DNA of 52,270 nucleotides. Source: a virus. Its lineage: Duplodnaviria > Caudoviricetes. The first letter of the stretch is position 1. Each line of letters opens with the position of its first letter. Made by a program: the position numbers and the translations under genes. Positions 37,124 to 49,797 of this stretch are shown here, one piece after another. A model generated the notes under the pieces. That model worked only from the letters and a program-made list of their open reading frames with translations, did not search any database and was not told the origin of the DNA. The DNA is taken from IMG/VR virus record IMGVR_UViG_3300027246_000005, positions 1 through 52,270 of that record. The stretch is one strand, 5' to 3'.

Positions 37124-37890
37124 TACGTGTTAATAGTATTTTTTATCCATGCTTGCTGATATTTAAAACCATTTAAATATTTGTCTTTATTAAATATTAT
37201 AGTTGGTGGAGCATCATAAGTTTCAGGAATTACCTGTGGATCGATATCGATTATGTCAGTCTGATATGTAAATCCATAATCTTCATATAATACACGCGCA
37301 ACTGAACATGGAACCTCATCAGCCTCATTAACAATAATATTCATTTGAACTTTAGAATTATGACAACCCCACCAAGTAAAAACTCCGTCTGTATTAAGAA
37401 ACTTACTAACGTTATTAGCAAAACCAAGAATACCATTGTAATCTTCTGGAAATGCATCATATCCGACATTATAGTATATAAAATCAAAATTAGTAGGGAA
37501 GCCTTCAACTCTGGTTGAATCTTCCCAACGATCTTCAATAACATGTGTTGTTCCTTCGGTAATAAATCCAGCAGTAGTCATTCGACCTCTCTGATCCGCA
37601 CTAGATTCAATAATCCAATGCTCGGCTGGTGCTAAATTTCTAATTAAAGAATTTAGTATACCAATACTGTGTCCAATTACTAATACCTTTTTACCAATAA
37701 TATTATCAGCAAATCTAGTTACAGTATCTTGAAGTACTGGAGTATCGAAAGGATTCATAGTCCACGTGTAATAATTCTGTGGTGTAAGCAGAATATTTAA
37801 ATTTGGATCAATGATATAACATTTTGATTGCTTGACCTTGTCTAAGGGAGCAACATTATATTGAGTTAAATAGTCAATTCTTGCTTGCAT
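37123..37890 (-). CDS. Class I SAM-dependent methyltransferase-like protein (GAMT/RMT2-like)
   Basis: KVLVIGHSIGI (degenerate motif I), HWIIES, RWED, FDFIYY, LNTDGVFTWW. Confidence 0.65.
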   Translation of the reverse strand: MQARIDYLTQYNVAPLDKVKQSKCYIIDPNLNILLTPQNYYTWTMNPFDTPVLQDTVTRFADNIIGKKVLVIGHSIGILNSLIRNLAPAEHWIIESSADQRGRMTTAGFITEGTTHVIEDRWEDSTRVEGFPTNFDFIYYNVGYDAFPEDYNGILGFANNVSKFLNTDGVFTWWGCHNSKVQMNIIVNEADEVPCSVARVLYEDYGFTYQTDIIDIDPQVIPETYDAPPTIIFNKDKYLNGFKYQQAWIKNTINT

Positions 37891-37891
37891 A

Positions 37892-41887
<3,996 letters not shown>

Positions 41888-41963
41888 GTTTTATAAATAT
41901 GATTAAGTTTATAAGATTGTTGAATCTATTCTATATATTAAGTTAAAAATAGGAATCTAAGTC

Positions 41964-43142
41964 CTATTCAGAAATATTTGTCTTCCAGTCGTATTTCCAA
42001 TCTAATTTTCTGTTCTTCTTGTATAGATTTTTAATTAGCTTATCATACGTCTCGACAAGTTTATCGTTTTCAACGGTATATCGCTTAATAATCTCTTGAT
42101 TTTTTCTATTGTATTCCTCTAAATTCTCATCATGGTGACGCAGAACCCAATTTAGTAAATTAGATCCAACTTCGATATTAAAATCAGGATAATAATATCC
42201 AGCATCTTGTATCATATCAGCATTATGGATTAACGGGAAGTTATAATAGAGAACATCTAGATACGCGTAGTTCAATGGATTTTCCCATTGATGTGATATT
42301 ACAATATCAGTTGCTTCAGCTAGGTAGTGACAGACTGGGTATCTAGGTGTGAATTTAATTTTTGGTGGTTTGGCTTCGCTTACAATATCTAATTGCTTAA
42401 TCATGGTTTTATAGTAGCCGTTCTTCAGTAGTTTCTCTCCACTCGCAATTTGTATATTGTCAAATTTTGCACCAGCTCGGTATGATTCTTCAGCGATCAT
42501 AATAGGAATCATTGAATATTTAACCGTGTTTAAATTCGGTTCAAAGACTGAAATTCTTTTTTCTTCTGCTGGGCGAGGTATATAATTTGGTAAGTTTTTA
42601 CTAAGATTTTGTCTAACTTTATAATCTAGGTCTAGGAACATTGGATCCCACACGAATGGAACAGGAATAGCATTACACCTAAAAATAGTTTTATAGTAAT
42701 AATGATTTTGATAACCTTGTTGGGGTACATACCATACTTCGTCGGCTCCTAAATCCCAAGTTGCGACCATATCTTTACCCTCTGTAAAAATAGCTCTCTC
42801 CATATCAATTACATAGTTGTTTCCACACATGTATTTGATAACCCTTTTATTCTTTCCAGATGCCTTGAACTGGTCCATGTTTTCTTTTGGAAAACTGGTT
42901 CCTAATGTGATTAAAATATCTACATCTTTCCAAACATCCCAATATCTTTTAACTGGAAATTCAATAGGATCCCAATTAACTTTGGTCAGGTCCTTTACTT
43001 TGTCGCTCGTATCAAGTATGATAACTTCATGTTTACCTATCTTTTTTAGGCACTTCGCCAAGAAGATAGCATTTAATTTAATTCCATTAACCCAAACACT
43101 TTCATGTTCAGACTGAAGTCCCAAAGTGATTCCAATAACCAT
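41964..43142 (-). CDS. DUF2827-like protein
   Basis: SVWVNGIKLNAIFL, CGNNY, VPFVWDP, FEPNLNTVK, SHQWENPLNYAYLD and LIHN...GYYYPDF motifs. Confidence 0.75.
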   Translation of the reverse strand: MVIGITLGLQSEHESVWVNGIKLNAIFLAKCLKKIGKHEVIILDTSDKVKDLTKVNWDPIEFPVKRYWDVWKDVDILITLGTSFPKENMDQFKASGKNKRVIKYMCGNNYVIDMERAIFTEGKDMVATWDLGADEVWYVPQQGYQNHYYYKTIFRCNAIPVPFVWDPMFLDLDYKVRQNLSKNLPNYIPRPAEEKRISVFEPNLNTVKYSMIPIMIAEESYRAGAKFDNIQIASGEKLLKNGYYKTMIKQLDIVSEAKPPKIKFTPRYPVCHYLAEATDIVISHQWENPLNYAYLDVLYYNFPLIHNADMIQDAGYYYPDFNIEVGSNLLNWVLRHHDENLEEYNRKNQEIIKRYTVENDKLVETYDKLIKNLYKKNRKLDWKYDWKTNISE

Positions 43143-43180
43143 TCTTATTTACTATTATTTAGTTATATTTATTCATAAAA

Positions 43181-43204
43181 AAAGAGAGCCTTTCGGCTCT
43201 CTTT
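43181..43204 (-). terminator. Rho-independent terminator
   Basis: Gene strand AAAGAGAGCC-GAAA-GGCTCTCTTT-TTTT, downstream of 43229..45049. Confidence 0.9.
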
Positions 43205-43228
43205 AGTTTAAAGTTATTATAATTCTAG

Positions 43229-45049
43229 TTACGCTTTAACGTAATTAATCACTAGTGAATCAGATGAATCAATTACATAAGGAAGTCCGGCAAATGTTAC
43301 AGTGGTTCCAGATATTCCAGTCGGTGCAGGAATCCTAACACCATTTACGAATAATTGAACACTTGCAGTATTTACTGGACTATTTACTAATACTAAACTG
43401 AATGGAGCTCCAATTGTAGTAGTAACAAATCCAGCCATTGTGTAGTTTTCAGAGATTAGATCAGCGTCAGCTACATAGTTAGTATCGATTGAAGCGATAG
43501 TTGCTTCAACTGTTGATACTCTAGTTTCTAGTGATGTATCTGCAGTTCCTCTAGTTGTAATTTCGCCAGATAGAGCAGTTTCTAATGAATCAACTGATGC
43601 GTCAGCACGTAAAACGAAAGTAGCAAAAGCAGTATCGTTAGTTGTGTCTACTGCGTTAATTAATGAAACGATCTCAACGAATGTGTCAGCACTTGCACTA
43701 GCAGCGGCTAAGATAGCATCAATTCTGTTTTTCTCAGTAGTGATAGAAGTTGCTAATGAAGTATCAGCAGATCCTCTAGTTGTAATTTCTCCAGATAGTG
43801 CAGTTTCTAATGAATCAACAGAAGAGTTAATTACTGTATCAACAGAAGCTCTAGCTACTTCTTCAGCAGAAATTCTAGTAGTTAATGAAGTATCAGCAGT
43901 ACCTCTAGCAGTTTCTTCACCAGAAATTCTAGTAGTTAACGAAGTCTCAGCAGTTCCTCTAGTTGTGATTTCTCCAGATAGGGCTGTTTCTAATGAGTCA
44001 ACTGAGTTTTGTAAAGCTGTTAAACTTGAACCAGTTGCAACACCAGCTAAAACAGTCTCGATAGAATCGATAGAAAGATTTTGAGCAGTGTTTACTGATT
44101 CAGCAGCAGTAATTGCAGTACCTTGTACGACGTTTACTGATTCAACAGTAGATACTCTCGTATCAACTGAAGAAGATGTTGCTAAAGTTCCAGCTAAAGT
44201 TTCTAATGAATCGATAGAAAGATTTTGAGCAGTGTTTACTGATTCAACAGCAGTAATTGCAGTACCTTGTAAGGTGTTTACTGATTCAATTGCAGTAGCT
44301 CTAGTATCAACAGAAGATACTCTCGTATCGATTGAAGTTACTTTAGCTTCTAATGAAGTATCAGCAGATCCTCTAGTTGTAATTTCAGCACCTAATGCAG
44401 TTTCTAATGAATCAACAGAAGAGTTAATAGAAGAATCAACAGTGTTGATTGCAGTAACTACAGCTTCTAATGAATCAACTGAAGCTCCAACAGCACTAAC
44501 AGCACTAGCTCTAGCTACTTCTTCAGCAGAAATTCTAGTAGTTAATGAAGTATCAGCAGTACCTCTAGTTGTGATTTCGCCAGATAGTGCTGTTTCTAAT
44601 GAATCAACAGAAGATCCTAGAAAAGTTACATCATTTGTTAAATTAGCAAATCTAGTATCGGTTGAAGTTCTAGGTGCGGCTGCTCCAGCTAAAGTTTCTA
44701 ATGAATCAATAGATAAATTTTGAGCGGTGTCGGTAGATTCTATTGCCGTAGCTCTAGTATCAATCGATGTTTTTGTTGCTAGCGTTCCAGCTAACGTCTC
44801 TAAAGAGTCTATTGAAGAACCTGCAGCGGATGTGGTTAATTCAAGAGAATCAACTGAATTTTGCAAGTCTGTTAAGCTAGAACCAGTTGCAACACCAGCT
44901 AGCACAGTTTCAATAGAGTCAACAGATGCTTCAGCTGCAGTAAATCGGGTGTTTACAGCAGATGCATTTGGAATCTGAGCACTAGTTACCGTACCCCAGT
45001 TTACGGTAGCTAAGAAATCAGAAATTTGTTTTGACCTTAATTGCGACAT
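43229..45049 (-). CDS. Repetitive Ser/Thr/Ala-rich coiled-coil fibre protein
   Basis: Many S(V/I)DS(L/I)E and EITTRGTADTSL repeats; small beta-rich C-terminal domain (VQLFVNGVR); internal DNA duplications such as 43851-43908 = 44511-44568. Confidence 0.75.
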   Translation of the reverse strand: MSQLRSKQISDFLATVNWGTVTSAQIPNASAVNTRFTAAEASVDSIETVLAGVATGSSLTDLQNSVDSLELTTSAAGSSIDSLETLAGTLATKTSIDTRATAIESTDTAQNLSIDSLETLAGAAAPRTSTDTRFANLTNDVTFLGSSVDSLETALSGEITTRGTADTSLTTRISAEEVARASAVSAVGASVDSLEAVVTAINTVDSSINSSVDSLETALGAEITTRGSADTSLEAKVTSIDTRVSSVDTRATAIESVNTLQGTAITAVESVNTAQNLSIDSLETLAGTLATSSSVDTRVSTVESVNVVQGTAITAAESVNTAQNLSIDSIETVLAGVATGSSLTALQNSVDSLETALSGEITTRGTAETSLTTRISGEETARGTADTSLTTRISAEEVARASVDTVINSSVDSLETALSGEITTRGSADTSLATSITTEKNRIDAILAAASASADTFVEIVSLINAVDTTNDTAFATFVLRADASVDSLETALSGEITTRGTADTSLETRVSTVEATIASIDTNYVADADLISENYTMAGFVTTTIGAPFSLVLVNSPVNTASVQLFVNGVRIPAPTGISGTTVTFAGLPYVIDSSDSLVINYVKA

Positions 45050-45169
45050 ATGTTTTTAAATTTGTTTGGTCCCAGTTCATAATTGATCTGGATGATTTAT
45101 ATATTATTAAAGCTCCTATATATTAGAAGATTCTTCAATATTATAGTAATAATTTTGCACTAAAATGTA

Positions 45170-46609
45170 TTATGATTCTACCTGATATGTCATGTCTATT
45201 CTATCATATCCGTCTAAATCATAGCCTGCTAAAATTCCATTCCAATATAGAGTATCTCCAATTGATAATTGCGCGTATGTTTTTGGTGTTAATCCGCCAT
45301 CGACTGAGAAATAACAACTTTGATTAGTTCCTGTGCCGTCTTTAACATCTATAATCGATCCATTTACATTAATTTCGATAAATGTTGCGGTTGTAGGTTG
45401 TCTAGACAAAGTTATTCCAGTAGATGCATTATTTCCAGAAGTTGTAATTGGAATTCTATTTCTTTCAGTAAATGATACTGGATGAGAAATACTTTCGATA
45501 TTATCTATGCTTGCAAATATTGCTAGCAATTGAGAAGATAGTTGAGATTCTAAAGAATCGATTGAAGAAGATAATGTAGTTCCACCAATTGTAGTTTCTA
45601 AAGAATCAATCGAAGAAAGAACATGTGATAAAGAAGAGAGTTGAGATTCTAAAGAATCAACCGAAGAAGACAATGTAGTTCCACCAATTGTAGTTTCTAA
45701 AGAATCAATCGAAAGAAGAACGTGTGATAAAGAAGTTTCGATATCGGCAACATCGGCAAATGCTTCTAATTGGTAAGATATTCTTGAACCGATCGCCCAT
45801 GTCAAAGCAGCGTATATTTGACTGCTAGCAGCTGCTTCAAATTCTAATGTAATTTGTATCGCATCACCGAATTCGCTATCAGTACTTCCGTTTAAATTAA
45901 TTCTACTCCATGATATGATTTTGTAAACAGCATATTGAGTTGGAGCTAGAGTATTTATTAATGTTATGATTCCTTCGCATTTAGCTAATCTGTTTGTTAA
46001 GAAATTTTCTAATGAAGATAATCTAATACTGTTCTCGTTAAGATTATTGAATTTTATCGTTGTTACACTTTGGGGTGCGCTGCTATTTATTGAAGCAGTA
46101 CCGGAAGCTGTTGGGTTTGCTCCAGTGATAGAACTAATATTGAATGTAGAAACTAATGAATCTCCAGCAACTGCCTCCTGTAATAAAGGAATTCCAGTGG
46201 CTGCAACTGTACCTAATGCAAATTGATCAAACGCGTATGTTTTTGTGGTCGGATAATAATTTACAGTATCGACAAAAACAACTTCGGCGTATATTGCTCC
46301 TACATCTAATCTACTAGAATAAAATTGTGAAATTGTAAATTCGATTTCTCCTCTAGTTGCAGGATTTGTTGAAACAGAAATTGGTTCTCCACCGTACGCT
46401 GTTAGGTCGTCTGGATATCTGAATGTTAATAATCTTTTTCCAGCAGCATTAAATAAAGATATTCTAAGAGAACCTGAATTTCTTACGTCTAGGTGCTGTC
46501 CTATGAAATCTTTAAAAAATGTTAATTTTACGTTAGTTGATAGTCCTTGGCCAATACCAACTGTTTGCTCTAAATATATTAGAATGTCATCTTTTGCAAA
46601 GTAAGCCAT
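45170..46609 (-). CDS. Probable virion fibre/decoration protein
   Basis: 479 aa; SIDSLE repeats and a C-terminal IEINVNG domain like the neighbouring gene. Confidence 0.65.
   Translation of the reverse strand: MAYFAKDDILIYLEQTVGIGQGLSTNVKLTFFKDFIGQHLDVRNSGSLRISLFNAAGKRLLTFRYPDDLTAYGGEPISVSTNPATRGEIEFTISQFYSSRLDVGAIYAEVVFVDTVNYYPTTKTYAFDQFALGTVAATGIPLLQEAVAGDSLVSTFNISSITGANPTASGTASINSSAPQSVTTIKFNNLNENSIRLSSLENFLTNRLAKCEGIITLINTLAPTQYAVYKIISWSRINLNGSTDSEFGDAIQITLEFEAAASSQIYAALTWAIGSRISYQLEAFADVADIETSLSHVLLSIDSLETTIGGTTLSSSVDSLESQLSSLSHVLSSIDSLETTIGGTTLSSSIDSLESQLSSQLLAIFASIDNIESISHPVSFTERNRIPITTSGNNASTGITLSRQPTTATFIEINVNGSIIDVKDGTGTNQSCYFSVDGGLTPKTYAQLSIGDTLYWNGILAGYDLDGYDRIDMTYQVES
45538..45735. 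repeat. 99-bp tandem duplication (2 x 33 aa)
   Basis: SLSHVL(L/S)SIDSLETTIGGTTLSSS(V/I)DSLESQLS occurs twice. Confidence 0.85.
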
Positions 46610-46661
46610 TTTTGTCTGTTTATTGTTTTTATCTTGTTTATATATCTGGAATACTAACTAC

Positions 46662-47357
46662 TCAAGTGTTAGTTTTAAGATAATTGAATAATTTATATCG
46701 AGTAATTGGTAAGAGGCATGTTTCTAGAGGAAAAGCTTTCTTAATATCTGCTCTGATATGTATTCTACTAGGCTCGTTTATGCCTACTATGGTTACAAAA
46801 TCAGATATTTTTTCGATAGAGTAATCATCTTCATCTTTAAATAATTCAAATTTGAAATCTTTCCAATTTGTTAAAATCGAACCCGGTTTAATAAAACTAT
46901 AGATCCTGTATTTCTTATCATTAGTGCATAGTATTAAATACCCGTTAACATAGACTCTCTTCTGCTCGGGTATTTGAGTAAAATTAATAAACTTTTCAGT
47001 ATCTCTCCATTTAGCTCGAATGTCTTTGTATATTTTTTCAAAGAAAACCGTTGCATCCTCGGAAATACTTATTATAGTATTAATTTCATCAGTGTTCGCA
47101 TTGTTGTATTCGTATTGAAGAGACATTGTATCGATATCAATGCCCTTGAGAGTTCTTAATCTAGAAGTAATTTCGTCGATTTTGTACTTGAATTTGTAGA
47201 GATAGTCTAGATGGAATTCAACTTCATCTAGAACAGGAAAGATGTCACCATCCTTTATTAACGACTGATATTTATTAGCCGCTGAAAGAAGCTTATACTT
47301 CTTAAATTCGTAATCTATTGGTTGTGAAGTAAGCCAATCATCATCCAGTATCTCCAT
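46662..47357 (-). CDS. Hypothetical protein
   Basis: 231 aa ORF with DWLTSQPIDYEFKKYKLL N-terminal motif. Confidence 0.7.
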   Translation of the reverse strand: MEILDDDWLTSQPIDYEFKKYKLLSAANKYQSLIKDGDIFPVLDEVEFHLDYLYKFKYKIDEITSRLRTLKGIDIDTMSLQYEYNNANTDEINTIISISEDATVFFEKIYKDIRAKWRDTEKFINFTQIPEQKRVYVNGYLILCTNDKKYRIYSFIKPGSILTNWKDFKFELFKDEDDYSIEKISDFVTIVGINEPSRIHIRADIKKAFPLETCLLPITRYKLFNYLKTNT

Positions 47358-47388
47358 GTTGTATGTATCACGGAGATGCTAGTAAATG

Positions 47389-47703
47389 TTAATTCTTTTT
47401 CTTAATTTTAACCGGTTCAGAATTCTTTTTAGAAGGAGAAATATATTCGGTAGATGATGTAGTTAATCCCCATTGCAGAATAAACCAGCTAGCCTCCATT
47501 TCGGCCAGTTTCTTAGTTAATCCTAATTCTTTGCTAATTCTGGTAACACAATATTCAGTGAATTTCTTTTGTTCTTCTGGTGTTGTCTGAAAATTCATAT
47601 ACCAATTTGGCATATCTACAACCTGTTCGTAAGTTTTGCCGAATGGTTCTAGTTGTTTATTGATTAATTCAATAAAAAGTTTGCGTTGTCTGTCTCTGCT
47701 CAT
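47389..47703 (-). CDS. Hypothetical protein
   Basis: 104 aa ORF, ATGA-coupled. Confidence 0.65.
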   Translation of the reverse strand: MSRDRQRKLFIELINKQLEPFGKTYEQVVDMPNWYMNFQTTPEEQKKFTEYCVTRISKELGLTKKLAEMEASWFILQWGLTTSSTEYISPSKKNSEPVKIKKKN

Positions 47704-47906
47704 AGCTCGATAATTTCATTTAATAATCCTCGGTCGGTTAAGGCGATAAATTCATTTGAAGACATAGATACTTGAACACATCCTTTAGCAGGAATATTTT
47801 GATATGTGATAGAGTCTTGCTCATCTGAATCAAGAGACCATACAATATCAAGAATTCTTTTTAAGTACTCTACTTTGTCTGATTCGATGTAAATATGTAC
47901 ATTCAT
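47700..47906 (-). CDS. Hypothetical protein
   Basis: 68 aa ORF coupled to the clpP stop; similar in layout to 29600..29839. Confidence 0.55.
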   Translation of the reverse strand: MNVHIYIESDKVEYLKRILDIVWSLDSDEQDSITYQNIPAKGCVQVSMSSNEFIALTDRGLLNEIIEL

Positions 47907-48589
47907 TATTTTTTATTATTTTTTACAATAAAATCGATAATACCATATTCTAAAGCCTGATTAGCATCTAACCATAAATCTCTTTCGGCATCTTTTTTAA
48001 CTTGTTCTGGATCTTTACCGCAATATTCTCCTAGTAAACCAAATAATACATCGTTTACTTTGATCCATTCTTTCCAGTCAATTGCAGCATCTTGAATATT
48101 TCCACTGAAACCTCCAGAAGATTGGTGTAGCATTGTTGTACTGAATCTTAAAGAAGACCTTTTACCTTTAGTACCAGCTCCTAATAAGATTGATCCCATT
48201 GAAGCGGCCATTCCAGTGTTTACGGTTTTGATATCGCTCTTAATGTAATCCATTACATCCACCATTGATAATCCGGATTTACAGCTTCCACCACCAGAAT
48301 CAATATGCATTGTAATATCGTCGTTGTTTACTGAATCCAGAAACATCAACTGAGCCTGTACGATGGTTGACATATTATCGTTAACTTCTCCAGCTACCCA
48401 TAATAATCGATCCATCATTAATCTAGAGAAAATGTCCATTTGACTAACTCTTAATTCTCTCTCTTCTAGAATATACGGTGTCAAAGATCCTTGAACCTGT
48501 TTACCGTAGTAATCTAATTTTAAAGATGAGATGTTATGCTCAGATTTGGCATATCTATTAAATTCTTTGTCTTTGCTGTAGTAATTCAT
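47906..48589 (-). CDS. clpP: ATP-dependent Clp protease proteolytic subunit
   Basis: LTPYILEERE...MDIFSRLMMDR (Bacteroidota-like N-terminus); catalytic AASMG, MLHQ and ERDLW motifs. Confidence 0.95.
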   Translation of the reverse strand: MNYYSKDKEFNRYAKSEHNISSLKLDYYGKQVQGSLTPYILEERELRVSQMDIFSRLMMDRLLWVAGEVNDNMSTIVQAQLMFLDSVNNDDITMHIDSGGGSCKSGLSMVDVMDYIKSDIKTVNTGMAASMGSILLGAGTKGKRSSLRFSTTMLHQSSGGFSGNIQDAAIDWKEWIKVNDVLFGLLGEYCGKDPEQVKKDAERDLWLDANQALEYGIIDFIVKNNKK

Positions 48590-48897
48590 AATTGTTCTAG
48601 TATTTCTTTAATAATTTTACAAGTTTCGTATTCTTCTATTTCTAAAAAATAGGCGTGTGCTTTGTTTAATGATTTTTTCCAGTTTTCTTTTTCTAAACTA
48701 ATATCGTATTTACTTCCGTTATCGTCTTCGAACTGACATAATATATTATGCTTAATTGTACCATCTAATGTGTTTAAAACATGCGAGACTATTTGTCTAT
48801 TTAGCGTGTCTTCTCCTTCTCTTTCGAGATAATTACTAAGTAACTTATTGGAATGATTCCGCCCTAGCATTATCTTTATTATTGGTACTTTTTTCAT
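48586..48897 (-). CDS. Small protein with C-terminal UVR-like motif (paralog 4), coupled to clpP
   Basis: AYFLEIEEYETCKIIKEIL; its TGA overlaps the clpP ATG. Confidence 0.7.
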   Translation of the reverse strand: MKKVPIIKIMLGRNHSNKLLSNYLEREGEDTLNRQIVSHVLNTLDGTIKHNILCQFEDDNGSKYDISLEKENWKKSLNKAHAYFLEIEEYETCKIIKEILEQL

Positions 48898-49753
48898 TAA
48901 TGGTTACGTTTAAGTATTTAGATAAAACGGCTAGATATTCTATATTTTTAGAATTTTCATTGGTAGAGATCGCATCGATTTCGTCAATGTAATCGTTACC
49001 AATTTCAGTTAGTGTAAAATTATTAAAATCATCGACGTAGAATAATGGTTTTGTAAGCTCCATGGAATATTGCTTATCTGCTTTTCCATTTTCTAAAATC
49101 TGATCAGACAATTCAAAATGTCTTTCGTAATAATGGATATTATCGGCAAAATGAACATACTCTCCAATCTCTAAAGTTGGATATGTTTCTTTTAACCAAA
49201 GAAGCATGTGTTGATGTACCACTGCAAAGAAAGGAGCGTCAAATGTAAGACCATAGAAAATATCGTTAGATCGCATTTGAACTTTCATATTCAATTTATT
49301 ATCTCTAATAAAAAAGTTAAGGTACATTGTACAAACAAAATCTTTATTACCTTCAAATTGATATTTTGGCTGATTCAAGAATGCAATTGCTTGACGAGTA
49401 TTTATGTCAGCTTTTAAACTATCTAAGCACCATTTAAGTTGAGGTCCGAATAATAAGGCTCCGTAGTTTGAATTAATTTCATTTGTACCAGGATTTGTAA
49501 TACCTTTCCAGAAATTAGAGAACTTATTAATGTAATCGATATCACAGTCTTTTTTAAGATACCATGCTACTTCTCCAGCAAAATATTTCCAGTTAAAAGC
49601 TCTGTCTTTAAATGATGCAAATGGCTGAATAGAATCTACTGAGTATTGACCATATATTAATTCACGAACTTTTAAACTTCTCGGCTGAGATTCCGAACCG
49701 TTTTTATTAATGTCTTCGATTATATCGATAAACGTGTTTGAAAAATTACTCAT
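48845..49753 (-). CDS. Thymidylate-synthase-fold enzyme, probably dCMP hydroxymethyltransferase (T4 gp42-like)
   Basis: DFVCTMYLNFFIRDNKLNMKVQMRSNDIFYGLTFD: catalytic Cys, with Asp at the position where ThyA has Asn (LGxPFN). Confidence 0.75.
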   Translation of the reverse strand: MSNFSNTFIDIIEDINKNGSESQPRSLKVRELIYGQYSVDSIQPFASFKDRAFNWKYFAGEVAWYLKKDCDIDYINKFSNFWKGITNPGTNEINSNYGALLFGPQLKWCLDSLKADINTRQAIAFLNQPKYQFEGNKDFVCTMYLNFFIRDNKLNMKVQMRSNDIFYGLTFDAPFFAVVHQHMLLWLKETYPTLEIGEYVHFADNIHYYERHFELSDQILENGKADKQYSMELTKPLFYVDDFNNFTLTEIGNDYIDEIDAISTNENSKNIEYLAVLSKYLNVTINEKSTNNKDNARAESFQ

Positions 49754-49770
49754 TGTTTTTAATTATAAAG

Positions 49771-49797
49771 GTTATACACTTATTTCAAAGAAAGTTT
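49771..49797 (-). promoter_or_regulatory. Putative middle-class promoter AAAC-N17-TATAAC
   Basis: AAACTT-N15-TATAAC just upstream of the ATG at 49753. Confidence 0.5.

Noticed and set aside
43644-46226. Plus-strand ORFs opposite the SVDSLE fibre genes
   Set aside because: Antisense shadows of repetitive, codon-biased genes.
48845-49753. Plain thyA annotation
   Set aside because: The specificity residue is Asp rather than Asn and the active-site context resembles T4 gp42; gene symbol withheld.
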